From positions 65,732-129,731 of the forward strand of contig CAYREQ010000001.1 in NCBI GenBank assembly GCA_964423445.1: a DNA stretch of 64,000 nt, read 5' to 3'. Positions within the stretch are counted from its first letter, which is position 1; every line of letters begins with the position of its first letter. Shown here one piece after another: positions 9,721 to 19,089 of the stretch. A program made the position numbers and the translations under genes. The DNA is from an uncultured Candidatus Saccharibacteria bacterium (lineage in GTDB: Bacteria; Patescibacteriota; Minisyncoccia; Phycocordibacterales; UBA9973). A model generated the notes under the pieces. It did no database searches and was not told the DNA's origin. It worked only from the letters and a program-made list of their open reading frames with translations.

Positions 9721-10987
9721 AACCATAACAGGGTTTTTGCTTATAATTTTATTTTTTACTTCTTTTGTTTTTTCTTATGCACAAAACGCAGATGACATAA
9801 GAGATAGAATAGAACAAAGAAACGCCGACATAGCAAAACTCGAAGAGCAGATAAGAATTTACCAAGGAGAATTAGACGCCCTCGGTAAACAAAAAAATTC
9901 ACTTAGTGTATCTATAAAGCAATTGGATTTAACAAAAAAGAAACTGCAGACTGATATAGCAGTCACTCAAAAGAAAATAGACCAGACTAATTTTAAAATT
10001 GAAGGTCTTACTTCAGACATAGGTGATAAAGAAGGAGCTATTTTAAATCACAAAGATTCTATAGCTCTAGAAATCAGAGAGACCAATCAATTTGAATTGG
10101 AAAATATTATGCAGACACTTCTTTCCAAAAATAATTTTACAGAAATTTGGAATGATATAGACAATAGAGCGACGGTAAGAGAAAAAATAATAGAAAATAT
10201 AGGCAAACTACAAGAGACCAAAGGAGCCCTAGAAGACACTAGGTCATCTACTATTGATGCAAAAAATGAGCTTGTAGCTCTAAAGTCCAAGCTCGCTGAC
10301 CAGCAAAAAATAGTAGTCCAAAATGTAAATGAAAAAAATAAATTATTAACACAGACAAAAAATAGTGAATCCAACTATCAAAAATTAGTAGCAGAGCAGA
10401 CAGCTAAAAAAGCTGCTTTTGAAAAAGAACTACGAGATTTTGAATCACAATTAAAATTTATACTTGACCCATCAAAGCTTCCAAGTAGTGGAGTCTTATC
10501 TTGGCCTTTAGACAGAGTATATGTGACCCAAGAATTCGGAGCAAAGACAGGCCCACACAGGACATATGTGAGCGGACATAGTGGTACTGACTTTAGAGCT
10601 CGTACACCACTGCCTGTATATGCTATGGTTGACGGCGTGGTAAAAGGCATAGGGGATACAGATGCTATTTGCCCAGGGGTATCTTTTGGTAAATGGATTT
10701 TTATTGAATACACAAATGGTCTCGCTAGTACGTATGGTCACTTGTCTCTTATAAAAGTATCTGAAGGTCAAAAAGTAAAAAGAGGGCAAGAGATAGGGTA
10801 TACAGGAGGTACAGGTAGAGTCACTGGCCCGCACCTACACATATCTCTATATGCAGGAAATTCTGTAAAGGTAGACACTGTACCTAGTAAGTCTTGCCCT
10901 GGTAAAATCTTGAAACAACCAATAGCAGCGATAAATGCATATCTTGATCCGATGTATTATTTGCCACGGTATACACCACAGCCTTAG
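9686..10987 (+). CDS. Exported coiled-coil M23 family peptidase (EnvC/CwlO-like)
   Basis: Signal peptide, long coiled coil, HSGTD and HLH zinc motifs. Confidence 0.88.
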   Translation: MKLYLDYKKRHKTITGFLLIILFFTSFVFSYAQNADDIRDRIEQRNADIAKLEEQIRIYQGELDALGKQKNSLSVSIKQLDLTKKKLQTDIAVTQKKIDQTNFKIEGLTSDIGDKEGAILNHKDSIALEIRETNQFELENIMQTLLSKNNFTEIWNDIDNRATVREKIIENIGKLQETKGALEDTRSSTIDAKNELVALKSKLADQQKIVVQNVNEKNKLLTQTKNSESNYQKLVAEQTAKKAAFEKELRDFESQLKFILDPSKLPSSGVLSWPLDRVYVTQEFGAKTGPHRTYVSGHSGTDFRARTPLPVYAMVDGVVKGIGDTDAICPGVSFGKWIFIEYTNGLASTYGHLSLIKVSEGQKVKRGQEIGYTGGTGRVTGPHLHISLYAGNSVKVDTVPSKSCPGKILKQPIAAINAYLDPMYYLPRYTPQP

Positions 10988-11006
10988 TTTATGATAAAAT
11001 AAATTT

Positions 11007-11183
11007 ATGAGTAATATTTTAAAAAATAAAAATAAACAAGCAGGTTTCTTTGAGATTATAGTAGTAGTGATTATCGCTCTATTATTGATGAAGTACTTTG
11101 GCATCACAGTGTCTACTGTCGTAGCTTGGGTAAAGGTATCTCTAGCTTGGTTCCTAGTCTTTTTTAAAGACATCTTGAAGTAA
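11007..11183 (+). CDS. 58-aa membrane protein with a pilin-like leader (not in the ORF track)
   Basis: MSNILKNKNKQAG-FFEIIVVVIIALLL...; TGATAAAAT-N6-ATG upstream. Confidence 0.7.
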   Translation: MSNILKNKNKQAGFFEIIVVVIIALLLMKYFGITVSTVVAWVKVSLAWFLVFFKDILK

Positions 11184-11222
11184 ATATATTTAGTAAAAAT
11201 TTTCTAAAATTTCCTGTCAAGA

Positions 11223-11252
11223 ACTTCCCTATTTGTCCCAAAATAGGGAAGT
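11223..11252. terminator. Inverted repeat between convergent small ORFs
   Basis: ACTTCCCTATTT-N6-AAATAGGGAAGT. Confidence 0.55.
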
Positions 11253-11259
11253 GGGTCCC

Positions 11260-11469
11260 CTAAAAACGAGTCTTCATTTTGATGCTCGTTTTTTTTGTAT
11301 TAGTTTTTCTTGGGAGAGTGTGGAGAATTTTTCTCTGATCTTTGATATGTTTTGTATGTTTTGGTGGTAGATAAGTGACAATAAAGTAAACTTTACAATT
11401 CTTTAATTTTAGAAAATTTAGGTCATATTCTCTCAGGTTAAGTGTCGTAAAAGATATATTGTGCGACAC
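11260..11469 (-). CDS. Small basic hypothetical protein
   Basis: 69-codon ORF with TATTAT 6 nt before GTG and a hairpin downstream; no motif recognised. Confidence 0.3.
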   Translation of the reverse strand: MSHNISFTTLNLREYDLNFLKLKNCKVYFIVTYLPPKHTKHIKDQRKILHTLPRKTNTKKTSIKMKTRF

Positions 11470-11509
11470 ATAGCTATAATATAAATAAGGCTAAAAAAGC
11501 CCTTTCCTA

Positions 11510-11839
11510 CTATTCTCCATACATTTCTTCCTTTTTCTTTTTTAATTCAGAAATTATATTGGGGTCTATAATCTTTGTAAATCTTTTTAAAATTTTTCCA
11601 TCTTTCTCTACTTCCCCCATAAACATCTCCAAGGGTCTAATATCGAACATTTTACCCATCTGGTATACATAGGCCTCATATATCGGCCTGTAGACCACAA
11701 ACTGGTCCTTTTGGTCTGTCTCATCATGTTTGCCTTCAGTGTGTAGGCCTACACCCAGGACTTCATATGCATAGTTATAAATAGAACCCGTAGGGTCGTG
11801 TTTGTAATGATAGTAGTATCCTTTTTCCGGAAATCCCAT
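11510..11839 (-). CDS. DUF1653 family protein
   Basis: GYYYHYK...YEVLG...HTE...VVYRP...RPLEMF...RF pattern. Confidence 0.8.
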   Translation of the reverse strand: MGFPEKGYYYHYKHDPTGSIYNYAYEVLGVGLHTEGKHDETDQKDQFVVYRPIYEAYVYQMGKMFDIRPLEMFMGEVEKDGKILKRFTKIIDPNIISELKKKKEEMYGE

Positions 11840-11842
11840 ATT

Positions 11843-12316
11843 TTATTTCTTTTCTTCTTCTATTAATTTTTTGTATTTTTCTTGAATTTCTCTAATGAGT
11901 CTTTTGTCTTCTTTTTTATCTTTCTTATCCATTTTTATTTCTCGTTTGAAATCTTTCTTTTCTAGTTTGGTTCGGGAACCCCTCTGTTCAAATACACTTA
12001 CATCTTTTCTGTCTCGTCTTCCTTCTTTAGCCGAATCTATTATCTCTTCTATTCCGTTTTTGAGATCTTTATTAAATTCCTCTTCAAATTTTTCCCTAGA
12101 ATGAAATTTTAAATAATCCAATTCCAAATTTTTAGCAAATTCATCAAGTCTTTCTATGTATTCGGATATTTCCTCTTTGGCAATTTTTTTTGCATCTTTA
12201 TCTAAACTTGCATACTCTTCAAATAAGCTTTCTGAGACACTCTGTATTCTTTTAGTAAGTAAACTCTCAGCTCCTAAAGCTTCATTTTCGTTTCCTATTT
12301 TTTCAAAATTATTCAT
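11843..12316 (-). CDS. Highly charged hypothetical protein
   Basis: 157-aa E/K-rich ORF, co-oriented with neighbours. Confidence 0.7.
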   Translation of the reverse strand: MNNFEKIGNENEALGAESLLTKRIQSVSESLFEEYASLDKDAKKIAKEEISEYIERLDEFAKNLELDYLKFHSREKFEEEFNKDLKNGIEEIIDSAKEGRRDRKDVSVFEQRGSRTKLEKKDFKREIKMDKKDKKEDKRLIREIQEKYKKLIEEEKK

Positions 12317-12342
12317 ATATTTATTAAGTATTATAACACTAT

Positions 12343-12747
12343 CTACTTACAAGAGCTTGAAAGCTCATACCCTGAATTCTCAGCTTCTTCATTAGTATTA
12401 AAATAGACTCTGTTTTCCATCTTTATGCTTTTACCTGCGGAGCAACCAATAGTATAATATTTGCTTCCCCTGTTTGAGGCAAAATAATTTCCAGTACCTG
12501 TACTTTGTATTTCTGTGGAAATGTTTTTATTTGTTATAGATTTTGCCCCTTCGATTACACTCGCAGTCTGGTCTATGTATTGGCCTGTAGTTTGGTCCAG
12601 AGACTCTATTTTCACCCCCGAAGAGGCATTTTCTTTGACTGACAGCCTACCTAGCATAAATGAGGCTAAACCGACCAAAATCACTATAAAAACTATCAAA
12701 ATATCTTTCCCCTGTTCACTTTCTAAAAATGACTTGATTTTTCCCAT
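12343..12747 (-). CDS. Membrane-anchored protein with an Ada metal-binding-like C-terminal domain
   Basis: TM segment; ASNRGSKYY...C...NRVYF...EAENSGY. Confidence 0.7.
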   Translation of the reverse strand: MGKIKSFLESEQGKDILIVFIVILVGLASFMLGRLSVKENASSGVKIESLDQTTGQYIDQTASVIEGAKSITNKNISTEIQSTGTGNYFASNRGSKYYTIGCSAGKSIKMENRVYFNTNEEAENSGYELSSSCK

Positions 12748-12798
12748 AAAATTGTTTATAGTGTAGTACAAGTAAATTTTAACATAAAACAACACAAT

Positions 12799-13071
12799 AT
12801 GGCACATAGAAAAGCCGGCGGTACCGCCAAAAACTTAAGAGATTCAAACCCACAATACCTAGGTATAAAGCTTACAGACGGGCAAAAGGCTCAATCTGGC
12901 TCTATTATCGTACGTCAACGTGGTACAGCTATTTTAGCTGGTACAAACGTATCTACGGGTAAAGATCACACTCTTTTTGCTTTAAAACCTGGCACAGTAA
13001 AATTTGGCACTAGGCGTAAAGTATCCTTTAACGGCAAGACAGTAGTCAAAAAACTCGTAAACGTAATATAA
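12799..13071 (+). CDS. rpmA: 50S ribosomal protein L27
   Basis: [24 protein letters not shown]. Confidence 0.98.
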   Translation: MAHRKAGGTAKNLRDSNPQYLGIKLTDGQKAQSGSIIVRQRGTAILAGTNVSTGKDHTLFALKPGTVKFGTRRKVSFNGKTVVKKLVNVI

Positions 13072-13074
13072 GAC

Positions 13075-13110
13075 AAATAAAAAAATCCCCGACCGGGGAT
13101 TTTTTTATTT
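13075..13110. terminator. Bidirectional intrinsic terminator between rpmA and rplI
   Basis: A-tract ATCCCC-GACC-GGGGAT T-tract. Confidence 0.9.
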
Positions 13111-13552
13111 AGATTTTTTCTATGATGAGTTTGAAAGAAGATTTTTTGCCTGCTATAGAAATTTGGATTTCATGCTCACCCACTTCTTTGATTGGTTTTT
13201 CAAGCACTATAAATTCTTCGGAAATGTCTGCATGGTGTTGCTTATGCATTTCTTCTACTATTTCCTTACTGTGAATTCCTTTGAAGAGGTGGCCTTTTTC
13301 ATCAGCTTTTACTTTTATGTGTAGAGTCTTACCTTTTATCTCTTCTAAATTTTTTACTAAAAGATCACTCTGGACTTCCCTCTCTATTTCTATAGTTTTT
13401 TTCCTAATCTCTAAATCTTGTATAGTTTTTGCTGTAGCTATTTCTACTAGTTTTTTTGGTAGAAGAAAATTCATAGCATAACCATCGCTTATCTCTTTTA
13501 CATCATATTTTTTACCTACTCTAGGCACATCTTTTAAGAAAATTACTTTCAT
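13109..13552 (-). CDS. rplI: 50S ribosomal protein L9
   Basis: MKVIFLKDV...GYAMNFLLP; PIKEVG. Confidence 0.97.
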   Translation of the reverse strand: MKVIFLKDVPRVGKKYDVKEISDGYAMNFLLPKKLVEIATAKTIQDLEIRKKTIEIEREVQSDLLVKNLEEIKGKTLHIKVKADEKGHLFKGIHSKEIVEEMHKQHHADISEEFIVLEKPIKEVGEHEIQISIAGKKSSFKLIIEKI

Positions 13553-13559
13553 ATTATTT

Positions 13560-14768
13560 TTATTGCAATAATAATTCTACAGCTTTGTTTAATTGCGGAT
13601 CTACTTTGTCTACAGAGTCTTTCTTTACTCCTTCTACGATATAGTCTGGAGTGAGGCCTACTTCAGCAATAGTAGCACCATTTGGTGTGAGCCACTTTGC
13701 TACTGTGATTTTTAATATTGTATCATCTGTCACGTCCACCATCTGCTGTACAGAGCCTTTTCCAAAGCTTTGAGAACCCACGAGCTTTGCTCGTCCATGG
13801 TCTCGCATTGCTCCAGCCAATATTTCTGAAGCAGAAGCAGAACCACCATCAATTAAAATTATAAATTTTAATTTTTCATTAAATATATTGTAGCCTCTAC
13901 TTCTGTATATAGTAGGTTCTTTACTTGAACCGTAATCCTCAGTCACTACTACTTTTCCTTCAGGTAAAAACCAACTTGCCATATCTACAGAAGCATCCAA
14001 GTAACCACCTGGATTTCCTCGTAGATCAAGTAGGAGTTTATCACTTTTTGATAAGACAAATTCTTTCATTGCATTTCTAAATAGCTTTGAAGAGTTTGCA
14101 GAAAAGCTGTAAAGTTTTATTACGAAAATTCCGTCTTTGCGAAGCTCTGTGTCTAGAGTAGGTATGTTTATGATATCTCGTACAATTTTTATTTCTCGTG
14201 AATCTTTTTCTCCTTCACGGAATATTGTCAGAGTCACGGTAGTTCCCTTTTCTCCACGAATTAATTTCACTGCTTTTTCAGCAGACAAACCATATGTTTC
14301 TACACCATCTACTTTTAAGACTTTATCTCCAGACTTTATTCCAGCATTATAAGCAGGAGTATTTTTCAATGGGGCTATCACAGTCAGGACTTTGTCTTTA
14401 GTTCCGACTTCCATACCAATACCACTGAAATTACCTGATATTTCCTCTTGAAATGACTTTGCCTCGTCTGGGTTAAAGAAAACGCTGTACGGGTCATTTA
14501 GAGATCCTAAAAGGCCAGAAATAGCACCATAAACCTTTTCTTGGTCAGTAGTTTTTGAGCCAGGATACTTTTCATTTATGATATTCCAGACCTTCCAAAA
14601 AGGAGCAAAATCAGCAGGAGTCTGCACTGCCGTTTCTTTGTTGGAAAGTAATACTCTGTCTATCTCGGGTCTACTAGAATATCCTAGATACACGCCTAAA
14701 ATAAATAAAGTAATTACAAGTAATACTCCAATGATTATGTATTTTATTTTAGAAAGTTTTTCGAGCAT
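13560..14768 (-). CDS. C-terminal processing protease (S41A, PDZ domain)
   Basis: GIGME PDZ, DLRGNPGG, SASASE, GKGSVQ. Confidence 0.95.
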   Translation of the reverse strand: MLEKLSKIKYIIIGVLLVITLFILGVYLGYSSRPEIDRVLLSNKETAVQTPADFAPFWKVWNIINEKYPGSKTTDQEKVYGAISGLLGSLNDPYSVFFNPDEAKSFQEEISGNFSGIGMEVGTKDKVLTVIAPLKNTPAYNAGIKSGDKVLKVDGVETYGLSAEKAVKLIRGEKGTTVTLTIFREGEKDSREIKIVRDIINIPTLDTELRKDGIFVIKLYSFSANSSKLFRNAMKEFVLSKSDKLLLDLRGNPGGYLDASVDMASWFLPEGKVVVTEDYGSSKEPTIYRSRGYNIFNEKLKFIILIDGGSASASEILAGAMRDHGRAKLVGSQSFGKGSVQQMVDVTDDTILKITVAKWLTPNGATIAEVGLTPDYIVEGVKKDSVDKVDPQLNKAVELLLQ

Positions 14769-14773
14769 TTGTA

Positions 14774-15016
14774 TTAAATTCTTTCTTGGTCTATCTCTCT
14801 GTCTTCGTATACTGGCATTTCGTTTTGATTAAAATTTTCAGACTTTTGTTTTCTTAGTTGCTTTAATTTGTTTTCTTTATGTATTTCGTAACTGTAGAAA
14901 ACCAATATCAATCCAGATATTGTAAATAAAATATTTTTCCAAGAATAAGGAAAACCGAGGTATGGCAAAACAGCCACCCAGATACCTAAAATTAAAAGTA
15001 TTCGCTCTCTACGCAT
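14774..15016 (-). CDS. Small two-TM membrane protein
   Basis: LGIWVAVLPYLGFP; TGATACAAT-N6-ATG upstream. Confidence 0.8.
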   Translation of the reverse strand: MRRERILLILGIWVAVLPYLGFPYSWKNILFTISGLILVFYSYEIHKENKLKQLRKQKSENFNQNEMPVYEDREIDQERI

Positions 15017-15039
15017 CTAGCTATTGTATCAAATAAGAG

Positions 15040-16056
15040 CTAATATGCAATAACGCTAGCCTCTAGACTTTCTTGTGGAATTACTGTATTAACATGAAAT
15101 ATTTTCATGTTAATAAATGAGAAAATAAGCAATATAGCAACTACAGCAAAACCTCTAACTATAATTATGGGATGACCAATTTCCCTTTTTATAAATATAG
15201 CGAGTAAAAGCACCAAGATAATTATCATAGCAATACCACTATATATAAAATTTACGTATTTGCTTGGTGAAGTTAGTATTTTATCTACCCAAGACTTTAA
15301 ATAAGTATAAAGAGAAATATCTTTATACGTAACTACTGGAGAATCTATCTCTTCACCCAAAACTTTTACAGTGGTAGGTTTTACAGATGTAGTAGCTTTT
15401 ACTGATAATGCTGGTTTTTTTGTAGTAGATACAGTGTTTTTCGTTGTGGTCGGTTTTGTGTTTTTTACTGTAGCTACTGTAGTATTTTGTTTAACCATTG
15501 GTGTACCAAAAAATTGAGCTACGAAAACCGTATTTCTGCCTTCAAAAGTTCCTGTAGCTACACCAATACCTATTTCTTTATAATTTTTCTTTACAATATT
15601 TGCTCTGTGGCTAGGTGAATCCATCCAAGCTTCTGCCACATCACGTGATTCAAAAAAATTCACAGCTAGATTTTCTCCAGCCATGCTGTATTTATATCCT
15701 ACTTGGTCTAGCCAATACCATGGAGTCTTTCCATCAGGGCTATTATGAGCAAAATATCCACGAGACGCCATGTCTTCAGCTTTTAATTTCGCTGCTTTTG
15801 TAAGTAAATCGTTTTCTATAAGTGGCTCTGCGTTATTTTGAGCACGTTCTTCATTTGTAAGTGTGGTGAGTACACCTGGTAAAACAGAAGCGAGGAAATT
15901 TGTTTTATCAAAAACTACAAAGACTTGAACAAGGAAAAAGAGTTCAATTACGATGATTGAGAACAAGATTATAATAGTTGATTCACGACGTAAAAGGTGC
16001 GGTTTGTAATCGTTGTGTTTATGAGGGAAAAAATATTTTTTTAGCCAAGAAAACAT
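15040..16056 (-). CDS. CAP (SCP) domain membrane protein
   Basis: TNEER, KAEDM, YFAH, AGENLA, WMDSPSHRANI; T/K-rich linker; C-terminal TMs. Confidence 0.92.
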   Translation of the reverse strand: MFSWLKKYFFPHKHNDYKPHLLRRESTIIILFSIIVIELFFLVQVFVVFDKTNFLASVLPGVLTTLTNEERAQNNAEPLIENDLLTKAAKLKAEDMASRGYFAHNSPDGKTPWYWLDQVGYKYSMAGENLAVNFFESRDVAEAWMDSPSHRANIVKKNYKEIGIGVATGTFEGRNTVFVAQFFGTPMVKQNTTVATVKNTKPTTTKNTVSTTKKPALSVKATTSVKPTTVKVLGEEIDSPVVTYKDISLYTYLKSWVDKILTSPSKYVNFIYSGIAMIIILVLLLAIFIKREIGHPIIIVRGFAVVAILLIFSFINMKIFHVNTVIPQESLEASVIAY

Positions 16057-16143
16057 GCTAATATTATAACAACAAATAAGGAGCAAAGTCAAATTTATTT
16101 GAACCTTGTCCGAATGCAGTTGTTATATGGTATTCCATATACA

Positions 16144-16179
16144 AAACAAAAACCCCTCTGTAAAGAGGGGTTTTTGTTT
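16144..16179 (-). terminator. Intrinsic terminator of the surface protein gene
   Basis: AAACAAAAACCCCTCT-GTAA-AGAGGGGTTTTTGTTT. Confidence 0.88.
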
Positions 16180-16191
16180 AATAAATATAAG

Positions 16192-18983
16192 TTATTTATT
16201 TAGTACTGCACGAGTCAAAGGACCCACAATACCATCGATTTTTAGAGGCGGGTTTGCTTTTTGGAAAGCTCTGACGCAAGCGTCTGTCTTTGTTCCAAAT
16301 ATTCCATCAACAGCTCCACAATCATAACCAGCATCATTTAAGAATTTTTGAAGTTCATCTACTTCCCCATCCTTTGAGCCAAGCTTCATGTATTCTGTAA
16401 AGATAAACTTTTCAGCACCAAGAACTTGTCCTTTCTCAGTTGATGCACCCAAGACTCTACCATTGTTTGGAATAGAACCAGAAGTATTTTCTTCTCTTAC
16501 TTCTTCTTTAAATGTAGCAGAGATAGTGTGATCTGTAGTGACTTCATTGAAAGTATAAGTTGTTACAGGACCTACTGAAACTTCGCCATCAATAATTACA
16601 TTTTCTACATCAAAACCATTGTTTGCGTCTATTGAATATGTTCTACTTCCGCCATTTGCAACAGTAGTCTCTCCGACAGGGCTGACTGAACCGTTTGCCC
16701 CTGAAGAAGCAGTGATCTTGTGTGTCAGAGCTGCTATCTCAAATGAGCGAGTCACCTCTGGAGCTTCGTTGTAGTTTTCATTTCCTGCCTGACTTGCTGT
16801 TATTGTACAAGTACCTATAGCTAAGAGGTGTACTGTAGTGTTTCCTTCTCCTGTAAGTGAACAAGTACTACCCTCTTCTACTGAATAAACTACTTCTTCT
16901 TCTGAGCTCGCAGTAGCATTTAGGTCAAAATCAGAATCACCAATTGTCTTATCTTCAAGTTCATTGAAAGTAATAGTCTGGTCAGCTTTTGAAATTGTGA
17001 AAGTTCCTCCTACGAAATTAATTTCATAATTTGTATTTCCTAAAGTTCCTAGATTTATATCGTAAAGTCCTACATCCTCACCTGTGTCACGAGTAAGTGA
17101 TCCAGATAATTCATCACCTTCTAGTAGTGTGTTCTCTCCAGTTATTTGGTAAGTAAATTCTGGATCATCTTCACCGTATACTTTACCTTGTCCACCATCT
17201 ACTGTGACAGTTATAGGAAGTGGGTTGATAGCCAATGTAGCTGTGTCTTGTCCTGCGTAATCTGGGTCAGTAATAAGTGCTAGTACATCATACTCACCTA
17301 CGTTTTTTGGAAGATTAGTCAATCCGTTGTATAGGATTACATAACTCAATTCTTCGGGATCAGTACTTGCTTCTAGTGTGTGAGTGTCACCATCATAAGT
17401 CACATCCATCATTCCACTTAGTGTAATTGAAGCAGCTTCTGGAGAAATATCTGCGGTGACTTCATCTTCTACTGTTATGCTTGTAGTGACTAGGTTGTAA
17501 TTTGGAGCACTGATACCAGACATTGATATAGTACCTACAGTGATAGGTTTATTTGCTCCTGCGTCTGGGCTATCAAATAATGCGTCAGTGTATGATAGAA
17601 GAACATTGTCATCTCCTATTATATCTTCACTTCCCAATATTACAGTAGCATTTGCATTACCATCAAAAATTTTATTCACTCCAGTTACTGTGACATGTAA
17701 ATCTTTTTGAGTAATATCAATATTTTGAGAACCAGTAGCGTCATTATAATTTCCTGTGACATCAGTAAATGTCCAAGTTACAGTATTACTAGATACATTT
17801 GTGTAAGAAATTCCTAAATCAAGACCAGCTAGAGCTTCATCTAATATCCCTGTTGCTGTACCAGTGAGGCCATGAGAATTACCATCATAGACACCAGAAA
17901 AACCAGAAACATCTATGATTGCATTTGCTTTGGCTATTGAGAAATTTTCAGAGTCACTACTTCCGTTGTGGTTTGTATCTCCAGTAAAAGTATAATTTGC
18001 ATTAGCACTACCAACATTTGTATTGTTTGAGTAATTTAATACAGGAACTATAGAAAGTCCTCCAGCGCCAGTGACTTCTCCAGTACATGGTGTTTGAGCT
18101 CCTCCATTATAAGTAACACTTTCTGGGCAAGTAATTGTAGTAGTTGAATTTGCTTTATTGATTACAAAATTTCCAGCACTAGCATCTGATAGGTTGTTGT
18201 AATTTACTGTGTCTGTAGGAATAAAGTCTGCTGTGACTGCATAAGTTCCAGCGTTTGTAGGTACAGTACTTGAACCGTCGTATTTTATATCACTAACTAC
18301 ACCAGCAACAGAACCATTTACAGATGCAGATTGTGCAGAGCCAGTAAATGTCACAGGTGAATTTGATATTGAAAGTGTAGGGTTTGTTTTAATTATTGCT
18401 GAGTCTCCTTCAATTAACACATTGTCAACGCGGAAGTGTTCATCACTTGCGTTAGTTGAAACTCTAAACCTAATTAAAAAAGAAGTATTATTCATTCCTG
18501 AGTTAGTAATGGGTGCTTGTGTTGTCCATGAACTATCATTTCGCATGTCGTGAGTTGCTAGAGTAGTCCAACCAGAGCTACTACATGTTGCACCACTAGC
18601 TGACCTGAATTCTACGATTGCATCATCACTTACTTCTGGGCCAGAATCTGCGTCGCCTCTCCATTGATAAGAAAGTTTTACATTTGTATATCCGCTAGAA
18701 TTTATTGTTCTACATATATAACCACTATCTCCTAGCATTACTGCAAATCTGCCTCCATCTGGACTTGCACTATCATTTCCACTACTTGCTGCGCGTGCCT
18801 CAGAGTCACTTCCTGAATTTCCACCGTCACTCCATCCTGATACAGGAGTAACTGTAGATCCTGTGCCAAAGTTGTCTGAAAAAATAGTTGTAGCAGCAGA
18901 AGCTTCTCCTACATTAGACAATAGGAAACTCATTAATAATATAACTGGTAAAACAAAACGAGAATACGAGGTTACTTTTTCAT
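16192..18983 (-). CDS. Large surface protein with MBG/YDG/Ig-like repeats and a C-terminal peptidoglycan-binding domain; natural start appears frameshifted
   Basis: Repeated TYNG/VYDG/KVYG modules; DGIFGTKT...DGIVGPLT PG-binding motif; open frame 16192-18933 and an ATG at 18983 one base out of frame. Confidence 0.85.
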
Positions 18984-19089
18984 ATTTTTTATAAAAGACT
19001 TTAGTTTGTAATTAATAAGATAACTACATTAGATTAAGACATTATAAGCACAATGTCAAATTCAAGAAAAACCAAGTATAAATAGTTAT

